The notes beneath the pieces were generated by a model that was given only the letters and a program-made list of their open reading frames with translations, was not told where the DNA came from and did not search any database. Positions 14,404 through 26,560 of a DNA stretch of 64,000 nucleotides are shown piece by piece (positions within the stretch are counted from its first letter, which is position 1; each line of letters begins with the position of its first letter). Source of the DNA: Vermamoeba vermiformis (taxonomy: Eukaryota); NCBI GenBank assembly GCA_045837725.1, contig JBEWZL010000087.1, positions 62,001 through 126,000 on the forward strand. The letters are read 5' to 3'. The position numbers and the translations under genes are program-made.

Positions 14404-14758
14404 TGGAAATTAATATTTGTTTGTTGTTACTCGCTCAACATGAAAACAAGAAATCAATTTTCGGTGTTTTATGCCAGCCCCAATTTCCCGCTCAATTTAA
14501 TGACACACGTGACGGGCACGTGGCATTACGAAATCTCGCGAACTAGCCAAGACTCATCCTACGTAACTTAAGTCTGGCTGACCAGCAGAAGAACATAAAT
14601 TATCTCGCTGAAGATAGCGCCAAACAATATCTCTTATTTCCGTTTGTTCAAAAGTTATTGTATATTAACAAATATTTTGAATATTTAAAGTGTAGAGGTC
14701 ACATGTTTGCTTAAGCAAGATGCAGATGCAACAAAAATTTTGATTGAAATTTATTTAT

Positions 14759-17030
14759 TTACTGGAAACAATATTTAAACAACATCGGTATATTTTCTTT
14801 TCCTAACACTCGCCAACCCAAGATATCGATATACTCAGAGATCATTATCTCTCTGGCGGCACCGTCAAATTTCTTGACGTGCACCACTACTTCTTGCAAA
14901 AACCCTTCAAAATTCTGCATTTCTACACTGAGATCAACTTCAATCTGACAATACATGTCCGGATTGCTCGGGTCACCGCTCAAAGGCTCTTCTAAAATGG
15001 GTTGATAGCGTTGTTTGTACAGTGCTTGCATGAAGGCCATAGCTTCAAAACCTAATAAAAAAATCCGGTAAATGCATATTCTTATGATAAATAAAGAAAT
15101 AAATCTCAAAAAAATGGTGCAAAACTCGATCCAGCCTGAAAAATTTTTGTTCGTATAAGTTGTGATTATAAAAGTTAATAGTAATAGTAATAGTGAGGCT
15201 ATTGTGGCTATTATTTAAATCATATTGTGCTCCATATGGGCACTTACCAGTGCGTTCCAAGAGCTCTGAAATGAGGTATCGCAAGACATGCAGTTTGTGG
15301 CCCAGATTGAGGTCGGCCTTAATCTTCAACATCCTCTTGAACAGTTCTTGATAATTTTCGTACAGCGTGTAATCGGTCCACACGTTCACTGAAATGCCTG
15401 CGTCGTTGTTGATCACGTGATGGAACCACAAAGGCGGCAAGTACAACATGTCACCGGCTTTCAATGTGACCTAAAAATAGAAACAGATTAAGCATTTACA
15501 CTGATATTTCATGAATCTAAATACCGTTTGTACGGCATAAAATTAATAAATATTGGAATTGAAAATAAAATTTGCAATGTTACATTACTTGTTGGATCCG
15601 TGTAAGGAACGTACTTCGAGGGCACCGGTAACGTCTGCAAATTTCGGAAACGTTTCCAAATCAATTGCAGTGAGATTGGCTTGAGTTCTACGATGATGTG
15701 GATGAACGCGAGGGAACAAATAAATGTTCTTATGGTTCTCGGGGGGCAACAACAGGAAGGTCTTCGTGCCCGTGATTTGAACGAAGAAATTGTCGCTCAA
15801 GTCGTAGTGCATTTGCGTTGTGACTCCTAAAAGCAATGTCATTAATATTATACTCATTATATAATGATCCGTATCTTGCTTGGATAAAGCCAGGTCCGTC
15901 TTTGATTTTTAAAAACTCTGTACAATTTCAAATTTCAAATAAACCAATATTCAAAATAACTTACCTTTACTTCCGTACCAAAATTGGATTTTTTGAGGCA
16001 AATCTTTAGTCGGTTCCGGGCTTAAAATGTTGAAGGGACTCACATCCGCTAACAGATCTTTCGCGACAGCACCCATTTGCTTAATAGACTGCGAATAATA
16101 ATAGTACCCGAATGTTTCAGGCTGAAGAGACTTCTCGAACATCTCTTTGACGGTCATTTCAATCACTTCATAGGGTCTTTGACCGTAAGTCTGGTCGTAC
16201 GCCTCCGCTCGCTCTCGGTACAAATGAATTGTGGGAAGCGTCGAATGAAGTACGCCACCCAATTTACTCTTAGGACCTATAATATAAATAATTATTAGGC
16301 GATGCTACGATAAAGATGAATCTCGAGCGGAGATTTTTCTTGAGATCCGTTTCATGAACGTTACATATTTAACTATTTGACGAAAGTAATAATAACTATA
16401 ATTATTTGAGGCACGTACCTAGTTTTTTCAACAAGAATTCGCGGTTCCATTTGCCCAACGCTTTCCAATCGCGGTGTATTTGAGTGCCAGATTGGAATAC
16501 AATTGGCTTATTACGCGCAATTGCCTTTAAAATTATAATTAATTCCAAGATTAATTGAATTACTAAACGTAACGAGCTCTTTTGAAGCTCTTGTGTACTT
16601 TAATTGTGCAATTAATTTAAAATCGCACCAGCAAAATTAAAATAAATTGCAATAATACATTGTTACTACTTACTTGCTGAGCAAAAGGTTTGTTAGGGTC
16701 TTTCCAATCAACTCGCTTAACTTCATCGATTTTCAACAGATCGCGGTAATGTTTTGGAGGGATTACTTCTTTATCTCGATTTATTACGCTAAATATTTTT
16801 TCTTACGTAAGTGTAGTTCGTATTAATGTAATTAATAGCGAATTATCTAATTTTTCATGAATAAATACCGAATTTTTTATTAAATACCTGATAGTGCCTG
16901 TCTGGCCGCCAAAACAGCCCTCACCAACGCATTCGAAATCACCTCCTTCTACAGATACAAGTACATCTTGCGCTAGAACGCAAAATACTAGCGTTGAAAC
17001 AATAAGACACCGGATGAAACTTGGAGTCAT
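14759..17030 (-). CDS. JmjC/cupin-like 2-oxoglutarate Fe(II) oxygenase with N-terminal signal peptide
   Basis: 'TQMHYDLSDNFFVQITGTKTF' (HxD and K), 'GDMLYLPPLWFHHV' (distal His); first exon 'MTPSFIRCLIVSTLVFCVLAQD'. Confidence 0.9.
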
Positions 17031-17161
17031 TTCTGAATCTACCAATAATTAGTTGTAACTCTTCCACATGTGAATTTATTAGCTTACCTATTGTTTCACC
17101 ATTCTCGCACGGTTAAATTGCAAAGAAAAAATATTTGGACCGTTATTTTTTACGCACAACA

Positions 17162-17260
17162 GATGTGTTCTTAGTCTGCTTCTCCATCGTCAATCCTTCT
17201 TCCTTCGAGAACGTGCGTGCCAAGTGGTACCCCGAAGTCTCTCACCACTGCCCCACGTGA
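17162..17260 (+). pseudogene. Isolated Rac/Rho GTPase fragment
   Basis: Translates '[32 protein letters not shown]', closely matching the segment after switch II in Rac proteins; no P-loop upstream. Confidence 0.85.
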
Positions 17261-17939
17261 CGCCCCGACCGCGAAGAGTTCGCTCCGGATGTGCTTTTTA
17301 CCAAGTCCTGGAAGATCCGCAACGTCGGTGCTTTGCCCTGGTCAACCGAGTTCAAGCTCATTCAAGTCCAAAAAGACATCAGTGCCACGAGCCAAGTTGA
17401 CGCAGTGCCAATCACTCGCGAAGTAGCTCCGAACGAAGAGTACGATGTCACCGTCCCGATGCGCACTCCGAGCCAGCCTGGGTATTACGAGAGCTTCCGG
17501 AGAATGACCGATAACGAAGGCAAGAAATTTGGTCCTAAGTAAGTTACATCATTAATACTAGCTACGTACAAACTGACTTACATTTCTCAAGATTGATCTG
17601 CAAGGTCAACGTCGTTGCCCCGCAACCTCATTCAGCAGAGGAAAAAGAACCTCTGTAACATCTGTCGATAGAAAACAACTCGCCCCCGCTCGCAATCAAG
17701 CCAGAGAAGAGCGCTTGAAAAAGTACGAGGCTCAGATCGCCAAGCTTGAAGAGTTAGGCTACAAGCCCAACAACCAGCACCTTCGCCTGTTGGCTGAGTA
17801 TGACGGTGACGTCAACCGCGTCATCGCTTTCATGGCTCAAAAAGAAGGCACAAGCGAAGTCCTAAATTTCGAAGATCTACCAATCGGCGTTAGCCAGAAT
17901 TCATCGAATCAAAAAAACAATTTAATCTACCTACTATGA
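17254..17939 (+). pseudogene. NBR1-like autophagy receptor fragment (FW/Ig-like domain + UBA), disabled
   Basis: 'FTKSWKIRNVGALPW...VTVPMRTPSQPGYYESF.RMTDNEGKKFGP/KLICKVNV' and UBA 'YEAQIAKLEELGY...LLAEYDGDVNRVIAFM'; retains an intron (~17539-17591); in-frame TAA ~17656 and frameshift before the UBA. Confidence 0.75.
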
Positions 17940-18134
17940 TATGTATCGACCCTTCTTGTCTTCAATAAACGCTGCACGAGCTTTTCTCAGAGAAAAAAGA
18001 ATCGTGGCCGCAGATCTCTCTACCAGATCTCACTCCGCACATCCTCAACGCATTTTCAGTGAGTAAAGACCTTCGTTAGTACGCAAACCCAAGTTGACTA
18101 GCCCTTTCTCTCTAAGCAAAAGTAAAAAAGAAAC

Positions 18135-18208
18135 TGGCCTAACTCGGATTCGAACCGAGGACCTCCCGCTTACTAGGCGGGCGCAATAACCAACTATGCT
18201 ATTAGGCC
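18135..18208 (-). tRNA. tRNA-Thr(AGT)
   Basis: GGCCTAA acceptor stem, D-arm TAGCATAGTTGGTT, anticodon arm CCCGC-CTAGTAA-GCGGG, T-loop GGTTCGAATCC, T-run terminator downstream. Confidence 0.97.
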
Positions 18209-18287
18209 GTTGTTGTTCGTCGGGCCAAAAACTAGACGACGCGATCATTTGCAAAGAATTAGACTTGAGCTGTTTTATTCTTACCGC

Positions 18288-20840
18288 TCAGTAGTCGAAC
18301 GCAGTGAACTTAACCCAGTCAAAATTGAATGAGTCGGGCATACCAGCATGACCAATGTTATTGCAGATATCGGCACCGCTCCATTTGAACACAGGCTGAA
18401 AAAAATTGTCAGGTTGATGTTCACACGAACTTGTTAACAAGTACGTACCTGTTGGTTGTGAGTAGGACCGCTTTGAGCTTCAAACATCATGTTCTTAATG
18501 ATGGTATTGTCAGTGACCTTAGTATCAGTACCACCGAAGCAGAAGCGCGTTCTTAAAGGCATCCGTTAGTTTCAAACTTTTCACGCACGTGTCAACTTAC
18601 CCTTTGCCGTCAGGCATCAAATCAAATCGAGAGCACAATTGGTAAGAAGGATTGCCCTGAATTCGATGTTAGAACTAACATTGTACGTATTAACGTGTCA
18701 GACGTACCATGGCAAGAGGATCGTGCTCAAAGTTGTTGTAGCGCAACAAGTCCTTGATGCCCTTCAAAGAGGATACTTTGTAGTTGTCACGACGGAACAC
18801 ATTAGCACGAGGAGCAGTTTCGTAAGCATTGACTGTGTTGTTCTTGGCATACGGTTCCCCTAAAGCACATCCGTTAGATACCGAGCACGATAGGTAACAA
18901 TTATTGCTTACATCCACTGACTTCAGAGATCTTCTTGAAGAATGGAATGTTGTAGCTAGGCCAGTAGCCCAAAGCCAACATACGAGTCATATCAGCAGAT
19001 TCAATGTGACTAGATTAAACGGTCATTAAGTCATCGATGAACAAGACATAATCACGACAAGACGTACCCAGGGATTTGTTCAGAGATCCACAAAAGACCC
19101 TCCTTCAAAGGCTTGCCAGGCTCGAACTTGTTGTAGTCAACGACAATCCATTGGTTATTGTAAGTACCGCTGTTGAGCTTAGAGTAGACCTCAACCCAGT
19201 GCTTGCCGTCCTTAGCCCTGTACAAGCATTAGAGTTAATGTAACTTCTATACAAGCTCGTATCACATACATTCTGTTAGCAGCCATAACACGAGTCCAGC
19301 TCATCAAAGTCTTGGGGCTAATGAAAGTCTTGAACAACTCAGTGTTCGGCACTTCATTGGTAGTCTCCATAACACAGAAGCCACTAAGAACAAAACAGCA
19401 TTAAGACCACGTAAAGCGCTAGCATTGACAAGGAGATTCAGGTGTCAGTTTAAAGGCGCGTGCACTTACGTGTTCGTGATGAAAAAGTCGTCAGTAGAGC
19501 TCAAAATGCCAGGGTAAGACGAGAACGAGATGGTTTGAGCACGGGCGTGAGGGATCTTGAAATCATAAGACTTGAGAATTCTCAACATGGATCCGTATTG
19601 AGCCCAAGTAGTGTGACCCGAGTACAAAGACGACAAGTCATCAGATACGCGAACAATAGATGAGCAATGTGAGTTCACGGTCAACATGTGAGGGTCATTC
19701 AAGTCAAATGAAGCAGACAATCCGCGAAGAATATCTAAGAGTATGAAGGTTAAACGGATGGATCTGATCTACTTTTACTCGTTATTCCGAGACTTACCGC
19801 CAAGATCGTACCAGCTGGACAACATGAGCATGTCAGTGATGGCCATCTTAGTACCGTTTGAAGTGCCATAACCATCAGTCAAACCTTCGAGTTGACGGAA
19901 CTGGTGGTTGATCTGGATGTGCACGCAACATGGATTAGTCCAAGGCTTACGAACGTGGTTGCATCTAGCATATATTATCTTACGTTCATCCAATAGGGAT
20001 CATTACCGTTAGCTCTAACACTGCTCTTAACGAACGAGTAGTGCTCGAGGAAAAACTTGGTGAGCAAAGCGTAGTTCTTCATGATCTGAAACAAAAAATT
20101 AATTAATATTCGGACTGTAAGCTAGGTATATTAACCTAGGCGGACGATAATATTACTAAGATATAATATTGTTATGACTTACAGAAGGAGAAGTGGTCAA
20201 AAGGTTTGCCCAATTTTGTTCGATTCTAACGGCAGTAAGAACACCTCAAAGCATAAATTGAGTGACATTACGATATAAAATATTATTTAATTAAATTGCA
20301 AAACTCAATCATAATTGAATTGACCCGATCCGAATAAATAATTGCTGCGCAATCTATTTATCAATCAGTTAGTTAATATTTACCTTCAAGATAACCTGCA
20401 GCGTACATAACATCCTCAGGCCTCTTATTGACGGAGTCAGCGTGGACATAAAGCTTGCCCCATCCGTCTTTGTTTACTTCGTCATTCCATGAACCCCATG
20501 CGTCTTAAAAAATATACATCATTATTACGTTGTTATTTACGTGCTAAATTACGTCATTGTCAATTTAAAGATACGATCTTTTTTTAGTTTCAAAAATGAA
20601 ATTAATTAATTAACTACTAAACCTCATTCAATAATGCTTCTACTTACATCCAGAGATATCTTCAACGCCGTATTTAATAGAATATTTACCGTTTTGATTA
20701 TAAACGGTAGCCTTAGTTGGCGAGCTGATTAACGAATTAGTTGATCGACTCTTAATTGATTCAATTGCACTTTATACTTACGCAGCAAGCGCCGAAGCAA
20801 CAAACAATAAGGCAACTACGAAGATCAATTGTGTTCTCAT
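18288..20840 (-). CDS. Phospholipase B-like (PLBD family) lysosomal Ntn hydrolase, multi-exon
   Basis: Signal peptide 'MRTQLIFVVALLFVASALAA'; 'HCSSIVRV' nucleophile, 'GHTTW', 'ISFSSYPG', 'NSGTYNNQW', 'GYWPSYNIP', terminal 'FNFDWVKF'. Confidence 0.93.
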
Positions 20841-20949
20841 GTTTATTTGTTCAGCGACAAAAAAATACGAATTACTGCTATTTTTATCGCGTAATAAAAC
20901 TAAACTTTGTGGCTTTAATTATTTGGAGCAAAATCTATGGACCCTTTTA

Positions 20950-21588
20950 TTAGGAGAGAGTAACGGAAACCAACCGCGTTAATTGCTCTGTTATGTCAAA
21001 TTCATCATTTTCGTGGTACTGTTTGGCTACCAATGAGTCTAGGTAAAGGATTTGAAGGCTCTTCAACTTCGTTAAGTGAATTCCCTTCACCGAACCATGA
21101 CAATTTAAATTAGTTATATTGAATGACTCTATGATTTCTTCTGAGTCAACACCAGGGGTCCAAGTGTCCAGACCGATAAGCGTGTCACCCAGTAATATTA
21201 TTAGCAAAGAGATGATTAAACGCTAAATAAAGATATCAATTCGATTCTTGAGCGTGAGATGGCCGCTGTTTCGGTTAACCGTAAGAAAAAAGCCATGCTC
21301 TCGTCAAGCTCCCAAGTACATATAGAATTCGTCAGGCTGCTAAATGAACCATATTTCGGGAAGGAAAGAATTTTCGTGCAAGCACAACTCCAGCTTCGTC
21401 AATTGGAAGCCTCATCTCAATTTCAATACTGGACCAAATTACTTCGTAGGACCGAGCAGAGAGAAAACGAGGTTCGCCGTAAATTAGGAGAGGAGACGAG
21501 GGAATTCGTTGATTACAGACAGGTGGAGCGAGACAATAATTTAATAATTGCTATAAAAATCAAGCATAATAAACAATAAATTTACCAT
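20950..21588 (-). pseudogene. Possible degenerate LRR-gene relic
   Basis: 'HLTKLKSLQILYL', 'LTRLVSVTL' LRR-like words; ATG|GT start at ~21588 followed by stops; no intact model. Confidence 0.3.
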
Positions 21589-21879
21589 TTGTGCGCGTAT
21601 TTGATTGTTGGTTTGATCTGTTTGGGTGTCTTTCGGCGTCTATTGAAAATAAACAAAATCTGATTTTGTCCTTATTTTAACAATTATGAGAAGAATATAA
21701 GATGGAACTTGTCCAGTTCTCAACATTCGTCGGTTTTTAGGAAGCGTTGTGTTTCTGTAACATTGACATTTTTAAAACAAAATCAACAACAGACGAAGAC
21801 TAGCGTCAGTTGGTTATAAAATTGGTTCCTAACTAGTTGTACGTACGGCTGTTTATTTGCTACATTATAACAGATCTTG

Positions 21880-24800
21880 TTAATCTTGCATCTGATCTTC
21901 GGACTTGACGGGCACGGAAGCTGCTTCTTGTTGCTTCTTTTGGTCCTGTTTCCATTTCTTCGCCATTTCGAGGATCTTAAGCTTGGGCTTGACTTCTTCC
22001 TCGTCGGGGAAAATGTAGTCATAGTATTCTTCAAGACCCGCATCTTGACCAGCCTCAGTTGTAACCCTAAACAATGCCAGTTAGTTAATGCTTTGTAAAT
22101 ATGATGGCAGCGGGTCCCTCTATTATTGTGGTAATTATTTCTGGTATTAAATTCGAAGGTTCATAAAATAACGGTTGTGGATCTACATACTTTCGTTGTT
22201 TCTTGACACGTCTAGGCATGTTCTTGTTAACTTCTTCTCTTGTTGCTTCATCACCAACTTGCTCTTCAAACTCGCGCCAAGCATCGAATATCAATACACG
22301 CTATCAATAGTGTTAGATCCGGATGCACCAAAAAATGATCAAAAAATAATTGTACACTCACCTCTTCTTTGTTATCCACATTCTTAAGTGCAGCAAACGC
22401 TTGTCTGAATACTTCTCGAGCCTCTTTAATGGCGCCAATGGAAACTTCAAACTTTGCGTAGCTGATCCAAACTTTGACGTGCTTGGTACGTTGCAACAAT
22501 CGGCGGTACAACGTGCGAGCATGTCCGTATTCGCCGTTGCCAATCTCAAAGTCGATGTAAGCCTTCCACAATAATTCGGGCATATCCAACATGGTTTGTT
22601 GGGTAGCGAGTTCGTAGATCGCACGTGCTCTTTCGATCTGATCAGGCGTTGTTAATGGTTGAGGATTATTACAAAAACGCTATTGGATAGGCATATAGTA
22701 TCGTAGTTATATATGATTATATCGGAAATTTAATATTGTGATGCTACTTACCTCCTGCAGATCGCGTTCGAGATCGGCAAATTTAGTCCAAGCTTTGCAA
22801 TTATGCGGAGCAGTTTCAAGCCATTTTTGGAAAATCTTTCGGCATCTGTCCATCTCTCCCAATTGCATCTCCAACTCGATATAGGCGTTGAAAATTCTAT
22901 CGTTCGGGGCTTGACCAAGGGCGTTACCGTAGATCTGACGAGCACCGGCTAGATTCTTTTGACGGATCTCCAAGTTGGCGTATAAGACCCAAATCTTAGC
23001 AAAAGTGAAGATTTTGTGAGGAATCAAGTTCAAGCAAGCTTTGTAAACTGCTCTAGCTCGTTCAATATCCTTCGCTTCCATTTCTTCGTAGATCGCGTAG
23101 TTGATCCACAAATAGATGTATCTGCGCCAATATCTCTTTTCTTTCGTGGGCGGAACATTAGCAATGGCTCGTTCGTAAACGTCTCTAACGCGGTCCGGCT
23201 CAGAATGGGTCTCTTCTAATCGCACATAATCGAACCAAATGTCGTAGTTCACAGGGTTCAATTTGATTTCATCTTCATATTGGAATCTTCTCTTATTCAA
23301 AATCACGTCCTCAATGCCTTCGCGATCGCCATATTGCTTCTCGAATTGAATAAAAGTTTTGTACAATTCTTTGGCCTGACAAGTAAAAGTTAGATCCGCC
23401 AGTGCACGAGCCATAATATAACATCCATGACTTACTTGGTGCTTGGGAATATGGTCCAAAGCGTATTTGTAAATTGTTCGTGCGCGCTCGAATTCTTTGC
23501 AGCGCTCTTCGAATTTAGCAAATGCGATAAAGAATGATTCGTCATTGGCACTCTCGCCCAAATATTCAATAGCTGATTCGAAGACTTGACGGGACTTTAC
23601 AATTTCACCCTGTTTTTCTTCGAATTTGGCCCATTTTATCCACGAGTCTGTTGTTTGTTCGCTGACAACAAATCTGCGATAAATATCTCGGATTCTGCTA
23701 ATGTCACCTTTCTGGAACTCGAACTTGATATAAGCAGCTATAATATTAATGGTTAGTATTATATTTGCTATTGTTTAAGATTCAATATTCAAATCGCGGC
23801 CCTTGCTGAAAGTCTTCAAAAGTTTAATGTGGATCCGGTAAAATTTCATGTTCGTAAACTATTGCCAATTTATATAAGGGCAAATATATTATATTAATAT
23901 CATAAGACCGGGACCTATATAATAAAATGAATACTTACTCCAAGCGTACTTGTCGGGTTGCCACTCCATCCATCGCTCAAACAGTGTTCTAACACCGACA
24001 TAATTGCCCAACATTTCTTCCATGTGGATATATTTGTACCAAAACTGATTGACACGTGGCATAATGGTCACGGCACGGTCCCAAAGGTTACGTGCGTGAT
24101 TGATATTTTTGTTACGCATTTCAAATTCAGCGTATTTTAGCCACAGGGTCACGTGAGTCGGTTCAACTTCAAAAGCGCGTTCAAAAATTGATCGAACGCG
24201 TTCCCATTCGCCCTGTGTCTCTTCCCATGCAGTGTAACGCAACCAGTTACCAATGGAATGTCTATAAAAGGAAAGTTAGCGTTGAAGTTCATTCACCGGA
24301 AGCACATCCGCAAAACTTTTGTTATTCTTCGTATTATTATAACATGTGATAATGTAGAATGCTTCAGTTTCGAATTTCAAATAATTTTCCTTGCAAGTTT
24401 GTTCGATCGTGGCAGATGGAGCGAACTTTTGTGGTCAAATACTAATAGCTTCCTTATTAAAACTAAGATCATACCTGTTTTTTCGTAGAGAGTCCTCAAA
24501 TTCTTTTCTTTTGCGCAGTCTGTACTCATCGAGTTCCTCTTGATCCAGAATCTGTTGGTTAGGCGCTTGTGTGGAGACCTCTTGACGCTCAAAAGCTTCA
24601 CGCAAGAGTTGCTCAGCCGTAATTTGCATAGCCGCTGGGGCCTTATTCTTCACCTAATAACACCAGCGATTAATTTTCTAGATTCCATAAAAATACAATA
24701 TATTCACTAATAATATTTTTATAACGGCACATATATTTAAAAAATAATATTGTGCATTAGTAGTGCCAATTAATCTCTAAAACAGCAGATGCAGTATTTT

Positions 24801-24906
24801 AAAAAAATTCAGAAAATTAAGTATTCGTTATTCGGCGTAATATTTCAATGCCAATCATACAATCTTATATTTAATTAATACTTACTTTAACTGCGCGTGC
24901 TGCCAT
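21880..24906 (-). CDS. CRNKL1: Crooked neck / Clf1 HAT-repeat splicing factor
   Basis: '[20 protein letters not shown]', 'RKRKEFED', '[15 protein letters not shown]', '[15 protein letters not shown]', '[11 protein letters not shown]...[11 protein letters not shown]'. Confidence 0.97.
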
Positions 24907-25557
24907 TTTATTTTTGTGGTTAATCTAGAATCTACAACGACACTTAATAATTTGGTATCTATGGACACTTATTAACAATAATAATACAAGAAAGTGTACG
25001 AGAAATATACGTCTCGTATGGTTCGATCCAAAAGAACAGAAGACAAAAGGATTATTTTACGAGGACCGCTAGTTGAAGAAAACGCCTTGAAAAAGAAAAA
25101 CTTGGGTGGCGATGAAGCATTGCGTCCTAAAGATAGATACTTAATTGTCCGCGCCGTATCTCCTTCCACAATAACTCGGAGTTTAACAAACGTAATGAAA
25201 AGTGCTCGCGCCGAACGAGATCAGACTGTTCGCAAGTTAGACCTGCATGCTCATAATCGATCACTGAATGGTTGACGATATGTGGATGCATCCAGAGCTA
25301 TAATTTGATAGTAAGCTCAATGCCACGATAGGTAGAGGAAATAATTCTGAGATCCTGAAGAAAAGGTCTCGGATCTGACACTATTATCGTCCGCCATTAG
25401 CGACCGGTCGCTAGATCTACGTTTTACGCCTTGATTCATGAAAAAAAAGCTTGCAATTTTATTTTACAATGTTGACGTGTTGTGTTTTTGCTGTTATTAG
25501 CTCGCTCCGTCCGTGCTTCGTTTCAGTTTGCAGTGTGAGTCCATTAACAAACGTTCG

Positions 25558-26243
25558 CTATCCTCGGATGTAATTCGTAACTTTAACATCAAGTTCGTAC
25601 TCAGGATAATGCCTTCTGAGGATAAACTCGACCTTACGCGGATCGACCTCACCTAAAGTGACCATCCAATATATTAGACTTGCTTTACTAAGTATGATTA
25701 GATACGTACCATATCCTCCTGACTTTCCGTAGGTTTTTATCTTTTTAGACTCGTGGCTTATTGTCATAATTCCACCTAAAATCCGGATAGCAATCAATAC
25801 TCCGAACCAGAACCATAACAGCTGGTTTGCGCGAGGCAACAAAATATGCCGACGAATACTATGCAGGCATACGTTGAATAGACTTACCTCCTTCCACGAG
25901 CATGTTGTAACTGCCACGTTCCAAAGTCATTTGATACTCGAAAGCAATGTCAGAATGGTAAGCCATAGGCATCGATACGATGACGTATTGTTCGGGTAAT
26001 TGAGGCTTCAGAGGGACTAAATGGGCGAGAATATACTTTTCATCCCCTTCATGCTGTGGATTTGCAAAATATTAAAAAAAAAATTAATAACGTCAAGACC
26101 AAATTAATTTGTGTCTGAAATTCGTCAATAATTACATCCGCAATATTTATTCAAATCATTATTTTTCCTATTTGTCGGAGTGGTTCGGTTACCTGGATCA
26201 CACAACTCGTTTTTACAGCGTCTACCATCGTGAAGCAAGTCAT
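25558..26243 (-). CDS. PHPT1: Janus/Ocnus-family 14 kDa phosphohistidine phosphatase, 4 exons
   Basis: Spliced: 'EGDEKYILAHL...AYHSDIA...EG/GGIMTISHESKKIKTYGKSGGY/GEVDP...ILRRHYPEYE'; KY, YHxDI, GGG, YGxSxGYG and YP motifs are present. Confidence 0.8.
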
Positions 26244-26560
26244 TTACGTTATAATTGTTGTTATTAGGTTCTGGACTCGTGCAAACTGCGCTTGTATTGT
26301 TTCCAATTCAATGCAGTGCGACAAAATAAAATGGCAGACGTCCGTTTGTCAACAGAAAAACACAAGCGCGAGGCACAATTAAAATTGCCAAAATTTCTGT
26401 TGCCACGCCTATACTTGGACTATAATACTATGAGCATCTAGATAAGCCGCCAAACCAAAACCTCGATCTGGAGAGGATCGTTTTCAAGCTATTCTCCGAA
26501 GTCAAAGAAATGCTATTTGTTTCTAAAAATATGTACAAAGTTTATTGAAAGGTTATTAGA

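Noticed and set aside
17258-17260. In-frame TGA as selenocysteine/readthrough making a Rac-NBR1 fusion
   Set aside because: No start or P-loop upstream, further disablements downstream and no SECIS recognised; frame match is likely chance.
24994-25360. ORF with 'VSPSTITRSL' reminiscent of a Tc1/mariner HTH
   Set aside because: Too short; no DDE region or terminal inverted repeats seen.
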